A DNA stretch of 64,000 bases from a virus (taxonomy: Duplodnaviria; Caudoviricetes). Position 1 is the first letter of the stretch. Each line of letters starts with the position of its first letter. The DNA is taken from IMG/VR virus record IMGVR_UViG_3300042508_000526; one strand, given 5' to 3'. Shown here in pieces: positions 1 through 7,644 of this stretch. Position numbers and translations under genes: made by a program. The notes under the pieces were generated by a model. It saw only the letters and a program-made list of their open reading frames with translations. It was not told where the DNA came from and made no database searches.

Positions 1-189
1 CAGCATCGGCGCCGACGTCACGTCGTCGATGAGCTGGATGTACACGTCGCCCTGCCGCACGGCATCGCCTGCGCTGGCGGCTTCAGGGAACTGCTGCGGC
101 GCGTCGTTCTTGACGCGCTCCACGGCTTCATTGGCGTCGCGGAGAACGCGGGTAATCTGTTCAGCTCGCTCAAGAGTAGCAGTAGTCAT
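1..189 (-). CDS. RQGDV-motif protein, usual partner of DUF6745 (3' truncated by window edge)
   Basis: Not in the ORF track. Manual translation from ATG at 189 gives MTTATLERAEQ...DAVRQGDVYIQLIDD, with an AAGGA RBS upstream. Confidence 0.7.
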   Translation of the reverse strand, partial: MTTATLERAEQITRVLRDANEAVERVKNDAPQQFPEAASAGDAVRQGDVYIQLIDDVTSAPML

Positions 190-199
190 TTTTGTCCTT

Positions 200-1648
200 T
201 CAGGAGGCGCCGACAAGACGAATGCGCTTGTTGGCGTGAGGTAGTAAGTGAGAAGAAATGTTGCCCGAATTTGCCATCCAATTTTGGGCCTGTTCGCAAT
301 TAGCTATATCACGCGGTACCGCAAGAAAATATCGCCGACCAGTGGACCGACAAAACAGCATCATGTACTGCGTGGTGATTCCATTGGCCGCGTCAGCTTC
401 TGGCGGGCCGACCAGCATTTCAATCGTGTTGTCGACGTCGTTTTGACGCCGATCAAGAATCGGGCAGTTGGCTTCAACAAGAAACCTGTCCCAGCCAAAT
501 CGTTCAATGGCAATACGGCGCGTTTCCTGATTTCTAATTAGCAGGATTTTTGCCGTCGTTAGTCGATCAGGGTGCTCGACAATGTCGCGTCCGCCTTCGC
601 TTAAGAAGTGCCCGTCGTTAAAGTAAACTTTTGCGCCGTCGGTCCATTCAACCGCAGGTCCGGCGCTGTTGTGCAAGTTGCCTTCTTCATTGACGTGGAT
701 CGTAGGCCGCTTAGCCAGCAGAATGCACGACTTTTGGAACGTCGCAAACGCCGTCAGATGATGATAAACCTCGTGCTCCCACGTGACGCTCGGATCGGTG
801 ACGTTGAGCAATTTGCAGAGAATTTCTGCGTCAAGCGCCAGCGGGATTTCACCGATAAACACGCTGTTGTCGGTGCCGAGTACATCCGGCGGACTCATTA
901 AATCGCGTACGTTTACAGCGTCGGCAAGATTGCCGATGATCGATCGCGTGCTGGTGTTGCCGGGCAGCAAATAATGCTCAATTTCTCGGCGACGCTTTTC
1001 TGTTACGCGCTCGTTGATCGTTCTCTCGCGCCAACCGCTCTGCGACGGAATAACGCGAGTTTCGATCACATTGCCCATGGCGTCTACAAGCCACGCGTCT
1101 AAGTGCGCTGAAAAATAGTTCAGACTGTTGATGCCGTGCATCAGCCTGTCATTTGCCGTTTCGCGACTTTGCCACCAACGCCGATGCACGTCTGGTAGCG
1201 TTGCAATAATTTTTTCTTTTGCGGCAAACTCTTCGCGGATGACGCGGAGCCATGTGCGGCCAAACTCAGTGGGCTGACGGCGCCACCAACGCGTTATCTG
1301 CTCGTTCCACTGGCATAGCGTGTCGCGGCGCAGCGGTTTGAGAAAATCAGCCGAGATATTGATTTGCTGACATAGATCGACTGCGACGCGTTTAGGCATT
1401 CGTCCGCGCACAACGCCAAGCGCAATCATAAACGCGGCAATAGAATCAACTTCATAGAACGTGATGTCTTTTACAGTCTTAGCCATGCCGCGCCTAAACG
1501 CGCCGACACCTGAAACGTATGCTGCCGTAAGCTGGCGTTTTGCCGCTTCAATATTTGGCTTACCGTCGCTTATGGTTGCTACCCAGCGCTCGACGGTGTT
1601 TGAGATGATCTGCTTGTTAGCCTTTGACAATCCTTTTGCTTTTGCCAT
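200..1648 (-). CDS. DUF6745 domain-containing protein
   Basis: C-terminal LHNSAGPAVEWTDGAKVYFNDG...IRNQETRRIAIERFGWDRF...CRSTGRRYFLAVP. Confidence 0.75.
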   Translation of the reverse strand: MAKAKGLSKANKQIISNTVERWVATISDGKPNIEAAKRQLTAAYVSGVGAFRRGMAKTVKDITFYEVDSIAAFMIALGVVRGRMPKRVAVDLCQQINISADFLKPLRRDTLCQWNEQITRWWRRQPTEFGRTWLRVIREEFAAKEKIIATLPDVHRRWWQSRETANDRLMHGINSLNYFSAHLDAWLVDAMGNVIETRVIPSQSGWRERTINERVTEKRRREIEHYLLPGNTSTRSIIGNLADAVNVRDLMSPPDVLGTDNSVFIGEIPLALDAEILCKLLNVTDPSVTWEHEVYHHLTAFATFQKSCILLAKRPTIHVNEEGNLHNSAGPAVEWTDGAKVYFNDGHFLSEGGRDIVEHPDRLTTAKILLIRNQETRRIAIERFGWDRFLVEANCPILDRRQNDVDNTIEMLVGPPEADAANGITTQYMMLFCRSTGRRYFLAVPRDIANCEQAQNWMANSGNISSHLLPHANKRIRLVGAS

Positions 1649-2018
1649 GTTTCTTTTTGATTTTGATGGGGTGAGTAAACCGGTCAGAAATTGCGGTGTC
1701 TGTCACGCGCAGATTAAATAGTTTGTGACTGTCGCAGTCGTTGAGCCATGTCGGCTTGATTGGAATTACTTGCGCAAACTCGTTATTGCCAACGAGCAGT
1801 TTGCTATTTATTTCGCAATTTATGTCGCGATGCGGATCGCAATTAAACGCATACGCAGAAAAATCATCGGCGGGATCTCCGTTACTGGTCAGAAAGACGC
1901 CGTCGCTATGCACTAGGTAGAGTGCCGGCAACTGCAGACTAGTTTTGAAGCGCGTCGATTGGCGCGCATGCTGAATGCACCTCTTCACCTCCTGCGTTCG
2001 AAATTTGCAGATTCCCAC
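1617..2018 (-). CDS. DUF3085 family protein
   Basis: LYLVHSDGVFLTSNG...AYAFNCDP motif. Confidence 0.65.
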   Translation of the reverse strand: MGICKFRTQEVKRCIQHARQSTRFKTSLQLPALYLVHSDGVFLTSNGDPADDFSAYAFNCDPHRDINCEINSKLLVGNNEFAQVIPIKPTWLNDCDSHKLFNLRVTDTAISDRFTHPIKIKKKHGKSKRIVKG

Positions 2019-2376
2019 TGGTAAGTTCCTTCTCTAAGTTTTTGCCGCGGCCAAACATCCATCGGTGTTCTTCAGTTTCTGGCTTTATGCAGCGGAACCA
2101 GTCGGCCACTGTGGGAATGCGACCGAGATCTTCGGTTATGTGCTGCTCGCCGATATATCGCACTGGCACGCGGCGGCCGTCTGAATTGATAATTACCGTG
2201 CCAAAGATTTTTTCCGCCATAAAAATACCTTCGGTGTGGTGCCGAAGGGCTCGGTGGCGAAAGTCTGCCATGTGCGCTTTAGACCCATCAAACCAGTCGT
2301 GGATCGGCAAATAATCGTCTACTTCGCCGCCCCATTTTTTCACTGACGACAGCGCGTGGTGATAGGGATGTGCCAT
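1939..2376 (-). CDS. DUF6915 family protein
   Basis: MAHPYHHALSSVKKWGG...IHDWFD...HRALRHH...GEQHITEDLGRIP. Confidence 0.8.
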   Translation of the reverse strand: MAHPYHHALSSVKKWGGEVDDYLPIHDWFDGSKAHMADFRHRALRHHTEGIFMAEKIFGTVIINSDGRRVPVRYIGEQHITEDLGRIPTVADWFRCIKPETEEHRWMFGRGKNLEKELTSGNLQISNAGGEEVHSACAPIDALQN

Positions 2377-2838
2377 TTAATCTCCTGTGTCGTCGGTTTG
2401 TTCTGCGCTCGGTTTTTCAATGCGCTGCAGCTCTGTATTTAGGTCGAATTCGAGCCTAGCAAGTAGTTGCAAAAAAACGCTGGCTTTGCCAAGACTGACC
2501 TTTGGTTTTGAATAACCGTAGCCTGCGCCGACTTGCCAGCGGCAAAAGTGTTCGTACTCTGCCGTGATTGCGTCTTGCGGGCACGAATAAACGAGCCCTT
2601 TTGGCCGGACTTCGTCTCCCCGGTCGTTAACAAGCGTAATAGTTTTTGGCGTCAGGCGTACAATTTTTCTTGACCAAATTTCAGGTCGCAACCCGGGGCG
2701 GTAGTTGTGCCACCCTGTGTACATGCCATCTTTGTCCACCGGACCTTCTGGGTCATACCACATGAGCCAGTAAACAGTTTGGCCGACGTAGCAATTTTTT
2801 GCTTCAAGGTGTTGCGGTCGTGCGCGTTCGCGTGCCAT
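2377..2838 (-). CDS. Hypothetical protein
   Basis: 153-aa ORF abutting both neighbours in the minus-strand operon. Confidence 0.6.
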   Translation of the reverse strand: MARERARPQHLEAKNCYVGQTVYWLMWYDPEGPVDKDGMYTGWHNYRPGLRPEIWSRKIVRLTPKTITLVNDRGDEVRPKGLVYSCPQDAITAEYEHFCRWQVGAGYGYSKPKVSLGKASVFLQLLARLEFDLNTELQRIEKPSAEQTDDTGD

Positions 2839-3192
2839 TTAAGCTTCTACTGGATTTTTGTCTAAATGTTTGTGCAGCGCTTCTTGATACACACGCGCCT
2901 GAAACCCGCGACCAAACTTGTGCTCGCACTGCAGTTTGAAGTCTGTAACCATGTCGAGCAGCACCGGCAGGCCGTACACGCCTTCCATTGCTTTGACTGG
3001 CTCGCCGGTTTTGTTGTCAAAAATTGTCTGCTTTGGATCGTTAAAATTGCTTTCAAAGATCTGCGTGTACCGCTCTACCAGTTCTTGCGGCACGCCAACG
3101 TCTAGCAGCGCTTTCGGTGCAAATATGCTGTGCCCGTCACAGATGTCAGCCGCAGCGAGCACAACTGTTGGCGGCAAGTCTGTCCATTTCAC
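2839..3192 (-). CDS. Hypothetical protein
   Basis: 117-aa ORF, operon-packed, protein-like composition. Confidence 0.65.
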   Translation of the reverse strand: MKWTDLPPTVVLAAADICDGHSIFAPKALLDVGVPQELVERYTQIFESNFNDPKQTIFDNKTGEPVKAMEGVYGLPVLLDMVTDFKLQCEHKFGRGFQARVYQEALHKHLDKNPVEA

Positions 3193-3202
3193 GGTGCGTA
3201 CC

Positions 3203-3643
3203 TCACATTTCGTAGCTAGAAGAATTGACTTCCTGAATACGTTCGTTGTGGTCTACGGTGATTTTTTTGGTCTCCGTATCAATAGTGATTTCGCCGTAAC
3301 TACCGTCGTTGATTTCCCAGCCGCCGGGCAGGATTGAAAACAGATAGTCTTCAAATCTGTCTATCTGCTGCTCGGTGATGATGCGCCTATCGACCGGCAC
3401 GTCGGCGATATAAGTTTTGCGCAGTGTGTGCGACGTAATGTAGTTTGAACCGCCTGCTCCCGCGTGAAAAGCGCTATCGCCAGTGTCCTTGTTGTCGAAG
3501 CGATAATCGATCGAATCAAAATCGCCGGAGTCGCCTTGACCGTCGTAGGCGGCTAGTACGCTTTTTACGCCCAGCGTTTTCAGCACGCCGCAGAAGTCTT
3601 TGATGTTGTCAACTGGCGTTTTTTCTTGTTTGCTTTTAGCCAT
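3203..3643 (-). CDS. DUF6878 family protein
   Basis: YDGQGDSGD...LPGGWEINDGSYGEITID motif. Confidence 0.75.
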   Translation of the reverse strand: MAKSKQEKTPVDNIKDFCGVLKTLGVKSVLAAYDGQGDSGDFDSIDYRFDNKDTGDSAFHAGAGGSNYITSHTLRKTYIADVPVDRRIITEQQIDRFEDYLFSILPGGWEINDGSYGEITIDTETKKITVDHNERIQEVNSSSYEM

Positions 3644-3649
3644 GGTTAT

Positions 3650-4159
3650 TTAGTGGGATGCTATTACTTTGCACGGTTGTCCTGTTTGCTGTTCTTTTGT
3701 TTCCGCCAACGCGACAAAATCGCGAAATGATTTCACTACGCGCTCTGTCATTTCGTGCGCATCTTCTGGGTACAGCCGCATCTGCCGCTCGCGGACAGCC
3801 TCTTCCACTGTCATTGGTCGTGTGGTGTCGCTTTTTATTGTTGCGTTTATCGGAATAGTGCCGGCTTGACGCAGCGTTGCCGCAATCATAGCTGCAGCGT
3901 CATGCCCGCCGCCGACGTTGTAGGCGGGCTCTGTAAGATGCGTCAGTCGTTCGCGCATTACCGCTGCCGGGATTCTGGCCGTGCAGTCTTCTGCTTCAAA
4001 CGCCTCCCGCACAAGAATGCGTGTAGCGTACGGCCCGCCGTGATATGCCTCTCGCAAATAGCCAACGGCGCCATCTGTGATAGAGAAGCCAACGGACGTT
4101 TGCGCTTGCTTTTCTTCTTCATCCATGCCGTCCCATTCGAGATAGATATCAATGCCCAT
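3650..4159 (-). CDS. Hypothetical phage protein (MGIDIYL... start)
   Basis: Start moved to ATG 4159, directly after the upstream stop at 4161; GYLREAYHG motif. Confidence 0.65.
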   Translation of the reverse strand: MGIDIYLEWDGMDEEEKQAQTSVGFSITDGAVGYLREAYHGGPYATRILVREAFEAEDCTARIPAAVMRERLTHLTEPAYNVGGGHDAAAMIAATLRQAGTIPINATIKSDTTRPMTVEEAVRERQMRLYPEDAHEMTERVVKSFRDFVALAETKEQQTGQPCKVIASH

Positions 4160-4160
4160 G

Positions 4161-4385
4161 TTATTTAGCCTTGTTTCGCTTAACCGCGTCAGTCCACGCC
4201 GCGCGATCAGCATCGGTGATGTCGATGTTTGCCGTGCTGTTGGTCATTGTCCGTAGCACGTTTTTGTTGGTCGTTTCGTTGTACGCCACGTCAAGCGCAG
4301 CTGCTTGCGCAGCGTCGCGATCGGCAGCCTGCACAACAAAATCTTCGTTTACTGTGCTTGAAACACGTACGTAAAAATAAGCCAT
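4161..4385 (-). CDS. Hypothetical protein
   Basis: 74 aa with GGAGG RBS upstream. Confidence 0.7.
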   Translation of the reverse strand: MAYFYVRVSSTVNEDFVVQAADRDAAQAAALDVAYNETTNKNVLRTMTNSTANIDITDADRAAWTDAVKRNKAK

Positions 4386-4398
4386 AAAACCTCCTGTG

Positions 4399-4439
4399 AA
4401 AAAAAGAGGGCGCCGGGGGAACTAGCCCTCGGCGCCCTC
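4399..4439 (-). terminator. Intrinsic terminator
   Basis: GAGGGCGCCG/CGGCGCCCTC 10-bp stem followed by a T7 run on the minus strand. Confidence 0.75.
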
Positions 4440-4464
4440 CATGGCGACGAAACTAATTAGCTAC

Positions 4465-4863
4465 TCAGTTGCAGCAGCTGCCGCCTCGGCAACCGGCGCG
4501 GCAAGCGCGCACAGGCAGCGTGATCACATTGTAGGCCGCTGCGCCAACGCCCTGCACGACGGCGCCAGTGCCGCGCACAACACCGCGGGAAACGCTACGC
4601 ACCGAACGCCCTGTGCAGGCGTCACAGCCTTCCGTCACGACGCGATAGCGCGTCCGCGACCGACCGCCCACCACGCGACTGCTGGCGCAATCGCAGCTGT
4701 TGCAGCAATCGCCGGCGGCGACAGCAACGACTGCCGGCGCGGCGACAACCGCCGGCTCAGCGGCAGGCGTCGGCTGCTGCAGAACGCTCTGCGGGCCTTC
4801 GCCGGCCGAAGCGATCGAGAGGAGCGTGACAAACGAGAAAACAGCAACAAGGAGGGACTTCAT
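4465..4863 (-). CDS. Secreted Cys-rich low-complexity protein (planctomycete-like)
   Basis: Signal peptide MKSLLVAVFSFVTLLSIASA; CCNSCDC, CDAC and CRAGCRGGSCC motifs; GGAG RBS. Confidence 0.7.
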   Translation of the reverse strand: MKSLLVAVFSFVTLLSIASAGEGPQSVLQQPTPAAEPAVVAAPAVVAVAAGDCCNSCDCASSRVVGGRSRTRYRVVTEGCDACTGRSVRSVSRGVVRGTGAVVQGVGAAAYNVITLPVRACRAGCRGGSCCN

Positions 4864-4977
4864 AAATAAACTCCATTACTCTCTGAACACACGTATGCAC
4901 GCGCATACGCAAACAACGTTGTAGCGACTTTTTGCTTTTATGCAACCCTTTGCCGTTTGGCGAAATGGGTAAAAGCG

Positions 4978-5343
4978 CTAAAACGAGAAATCATCGCCGT
5001 CATCAACACTATCGTCAAAATCGTCTTCTGTCGGCCAATTTATATCTAGACCGCGTGCGCATAATTCGTCTTCTTCTTCGGGATGCTGCTCCAGCCAGTC
5101 GAAAAACCACGACACGCAATTTTTCTGCTCTGTGGCTGTGGGCCTACGCGGCTCTTCTCCCTCAAGAAGTATTCTGTCGCACGCAGCGTTTTCTACAATG
5201 GCTCGCGCTGGTATGACGAAATAATCGCCAGCCGGCTTTTCTGTTTCTATCAAAAATTCGACGTCAAACTCCAACGTGCCGGCTTTGCCAGTCGGATTGC
5301 AGCCTGTTTCATCCTCAATTAGCCACGTAACTGTTGCGCTCAT
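4978..5343 (-). CDS. Hypothetical acidic protein
   Basis: 121 aa, start coupled to the upstream stop. Confidence 0.65.
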   Translation of the reverse strand: MSATVTWLIEDETGCNPTGKAGTLEFDVEFLIETEKPAGDYFVIPARAIVENAACDRILLEGEEPRRPTATEQKNCVSWFFDWLEQHPEEEDELCARGLDINWPTEDDFDDSVDDGDDFSF

Positions 5344-5606
5344 TATTGCACCACATGAACGTTGTAGTGCTGCATCTTGGAGTGCAACCAGTTTGCTTCA
5401 GCTTCAAGCGCACCAGCGCGAGACTTAAACCCAGAGAGCAGCGGACCACCGACAGGCGATAAGTCTGCTATCCACTCTCCGGGTTTAGTGTCGTTTGGTT
5501 CAACATGACTGGCGCGTTTTATATCAAGACTGCCCAGTTTAGCGAGATTGATTTCTTCGCCGTATAAACACTGCGCGGTCCCGTTTGGGCGGATGAATAG
5601 TTGCAT
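5343..5606 (-). CDS. Small conserved protein of the AAA+/DUF1257 cluster
   Basis: YGEEINLAKLGSLDIKRASHVEP...WIADLSPVGGPLL; translationally coupled. Confidence 0.7.
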   Translation of the reverse strand: MQLFIRPNGTAQCLYGEEINLAKLGSLDIKRASHVEPNDTKPGEWIADLSPVGGPLLSGFKSRAGALEAEANWLHSKMQHYNVHVVQ

Positions 5607-6616
5607 TAGTTTGCACTCCCGCTGGTGGCCATGATACGTCGCCCCGGGGCGAGCACTCGCGTATCTACTGGCCGGTTAAGCGGCCTCGCCGGCTGACTGC
5701 CCATTGCCGGTCGCTCGTGCGGGCTCACATTGTACGACTGAAACGTCGCAACGTTATTAATACGTAGCCCTGCAAACAATGCTTGATCGTGTGTACGTTC
5801 GCGCACGTAATTTCCGGCGTCGTGCACCGGGCTAAAATGCAGCGTGCAGCCTAGCGCCTTGGCATGACCCGCAAACTCAAGAAGACCCGAAATCTCACAG
5901 TCGCACAGCACAACGTGGTCGACAACTCGCAGACGATTTAACTCATCATTCTGTTCGTTTTCGTGGATGTTCGGGTAGAAATGATTCAACTGGCGCAACG
6001 TGGTATTTACAAGCCGCGCAAAACCACCCACGCTAACGCATCCGTGCAGCACGGAGTTAGAAATTTTTGCGTTACCGCCGGCTTTGGCCACGCCTTCAAG
6101 CGTTGTGTCAATGAGCGTTACGTTGTCATACACTTTTGCGTTATCGCGTATGCTGGCGTTTCGAATGTACGGCTGACCGCGGCTGTGATGAAAAATCACT
6201 GCTTTGTGATTTACAACGGTTGAACCACAAAGCAAACCGTTGTAAACCTCGGCGTGACCTAGCACACGCACACTATCTCGCAGCACCGCCACGCCGCCGA
6301 CGACAGCAAAGTTACAAATTTCAATGCAAGTCCTGTCGGCCACAATGTCGGCAAATCCGCACACACGGGCGCGGTTTTGAATTTTTACGTTGCCGCGGAT
6401 AGTGGCGCCGTTCATTACCTGCGCCATGCGACTGACGAACACAGAGTCTTCTACTTTGGCCGAATCCTCTACCCAGCCAAGGCCGTTGACATGCTTATGC
6501 GCAAATACTCTTCCGCGTCCATCTTTAAAATCATGCTTTGACGCCCGTTTCTTTTTTATTTTTACGGGCGCAACGTCGGGCTTAATGTCCGACGGTGCAG
6601 CATCAAGTGTCAGCAT
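5606..6616 (-). CDS. Left-handed beta-helix (hexapeptide-repeat-like) protein
   Basis: Repeated [AV]-x-[VI]-x-[GD]-[NH] hexads (SAKVED, ARVCGF, AEVYNG, AKVYDN). Confidence 0.6.
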   Translation of the reverse strand: MLTLDAAPSDIKPDVAPVKIKKKRASKHDFKDGRGRVFAHKHVNGLGWVEDSAKVEDSVFVSRMAQVMNGATIRGNVKIQNRARVCGFADIVADRTCIEICNFAVVGGVAVLRDSVRVLGHAEVYNGLLCGSTVVNHKAVIFHHSRGQPYIRNASIRDNAKVYDNVTLIDTTLEGVAKAGGNAKISNSVLHGCVSVGGFARLVNTTLRQLNHFYPNIHENEQNDELNRLRVVDHVVLCDCEISGLLEFAGHAKALGCTLHFSPVHDAGNYVRERTHDQALFAGLRINNVATFQSYNVSPHERPAMGSQPARPLNRPVDTRVLAPGRRIMATSGSAN

Positions 6617-7557
6617 TACGACTCCAGCGGCATAACGCGCCGACGCGGCGCATTCGTGATCAAGGTATCGAGTGACGTTTGCAGCTCGGCCATCGAGGTG
6701 CGCAGCTGCGTCTGCAGCGTGTTGTTCTTTCGCAGATCCTTGACGTCAACGCCCGCAACAAGACTGTTTGCCTGCTCGATTAAATTTTCAAGCTGCGCGT
6801 TTGACCGCACATTCATATGCTTGAAGTTCTCGTAAAACTCCTTGAAGTTTTCGATGGCGCTGGCACGAAACGTTTTCTTCGTACCGTCGGGCTCGTCTGT
6901 AAGACGCTCGACAAGATGAGCAACCAGCTCCTGTAGGTTTTCCGCAAACGCATTTTCGGCCATAGCCACAGCTGCCTCAAACCGCCGCTGCACGCGGTCC
7001 TGCTCGGCGCGATAAACGCCCGGGTTTAGCGCAACAAGATATCGCGGCGGCTCGATGGGCGGATACTCCCAAGAGATCTCAAACACGTTATCGAGCGTAG
7101 CCGGATAATCGTTCGGGTTAAACAGGCTGCCAAGCTTCTGCCGCGCAGCATCTTTAATCGCGTCGTACTCAAGCTGCAGGTTTGCAACAGCCGCGGCTAG
7201 CTGATCGCGAAAACCCTGCATTGTTTCTTCGAAGCGGGCGATGTCGTCCTGCTTGATCAGGCGCGTACCTTCTTGCGGATACGGTAGCGTGATTCCACGC
7301 CAGAAAGCCTGTGCTTGGCTCTTGATCGCCGTCACGGCGCGATAGGCCGGATTCTTAGTATCAATCAAACGCTTGGACGCCGTTACAAGCGATGTGTCTG
7401 CTTCAAACGTATCGGCGGCCTGTTTTGTCTGCGCGTCAGACAACTTGCGCTGCGTACCCAACCACGAGAACGATAACTTGACTGCGCCCATTGTCTGGCG
7501 CAGATCGTTAGCGGTCTGCTCTACGGTCGGGGTTTCTGTGGTTTCTGTCGTTGACAT
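6616..7557 (-). CDS. DUF3150-like helical protein
   Basis: SKRLIDTKNPAY...TLPYPQEGTRLI...FNPNDYP; long coiled-coil character. Confidence 0.6.
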   Translation of the reverse strand: MSTTETTETPTVEQTANDLRQTMGAVKLSFSWLGTQRKLSDAQTKQAADTFEADTSLVTASKRLIDTKNPAYRAVTAIKSQAQAFWRGITLPYPQEGTRLIKQDDIARFEETMQGFRDQLAAAVANLQLEYDAIKDAARQKLGSLFNPNDYPATLDNVFEISWEYPPIEPPRYLVALNPGVYRAEQDRVQRRFEAAVAMAENAFAENLQELVAHLVERLTDEPDGTKKTFRASAIENFKEFYENFKHMNVRSNAQLENLIEQANSLVAGVDVKDLRKNNTLQTQLRTSMAELQTSLDTLITNAPRRRVMPLES

Positions 7558-7592
7558 TCAGTGTTTCCCTTGGGGCTACTCATTGTTTATCA

Positions 7593-7637
7593 GCAATCCG
7601 CAGCTGCGGGGCTTGCGCCCCGCAGCCGCAGTATTGC
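7593..7637 (-). other. Long GNRA-capped intergenic hairpin
   Basis: GCAAT..GCGGCTGCGGGGC-GCAA-GCCCCGCAGCTGC..ATTGC; G-U pairs form on the minus strand; no U-tract. Confidence 0.6.
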
Positions 7638-7644
7638 CAATGCC

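Noticed and set aside
4861-4868. CATAAATA (also at 13204 and 55130) as a T4-type late promoter
   Set aside because: It is the reverse complement of the TATTTATG RBS spacer plus start codon, in the wrong orientation
4441-4869. Plus-strand 142-aa ORF, and the plus-strand ORFs over 10473..11260
   Set aside because: Shadows of low-complexity minus-strand genes that have RBS and terminator support
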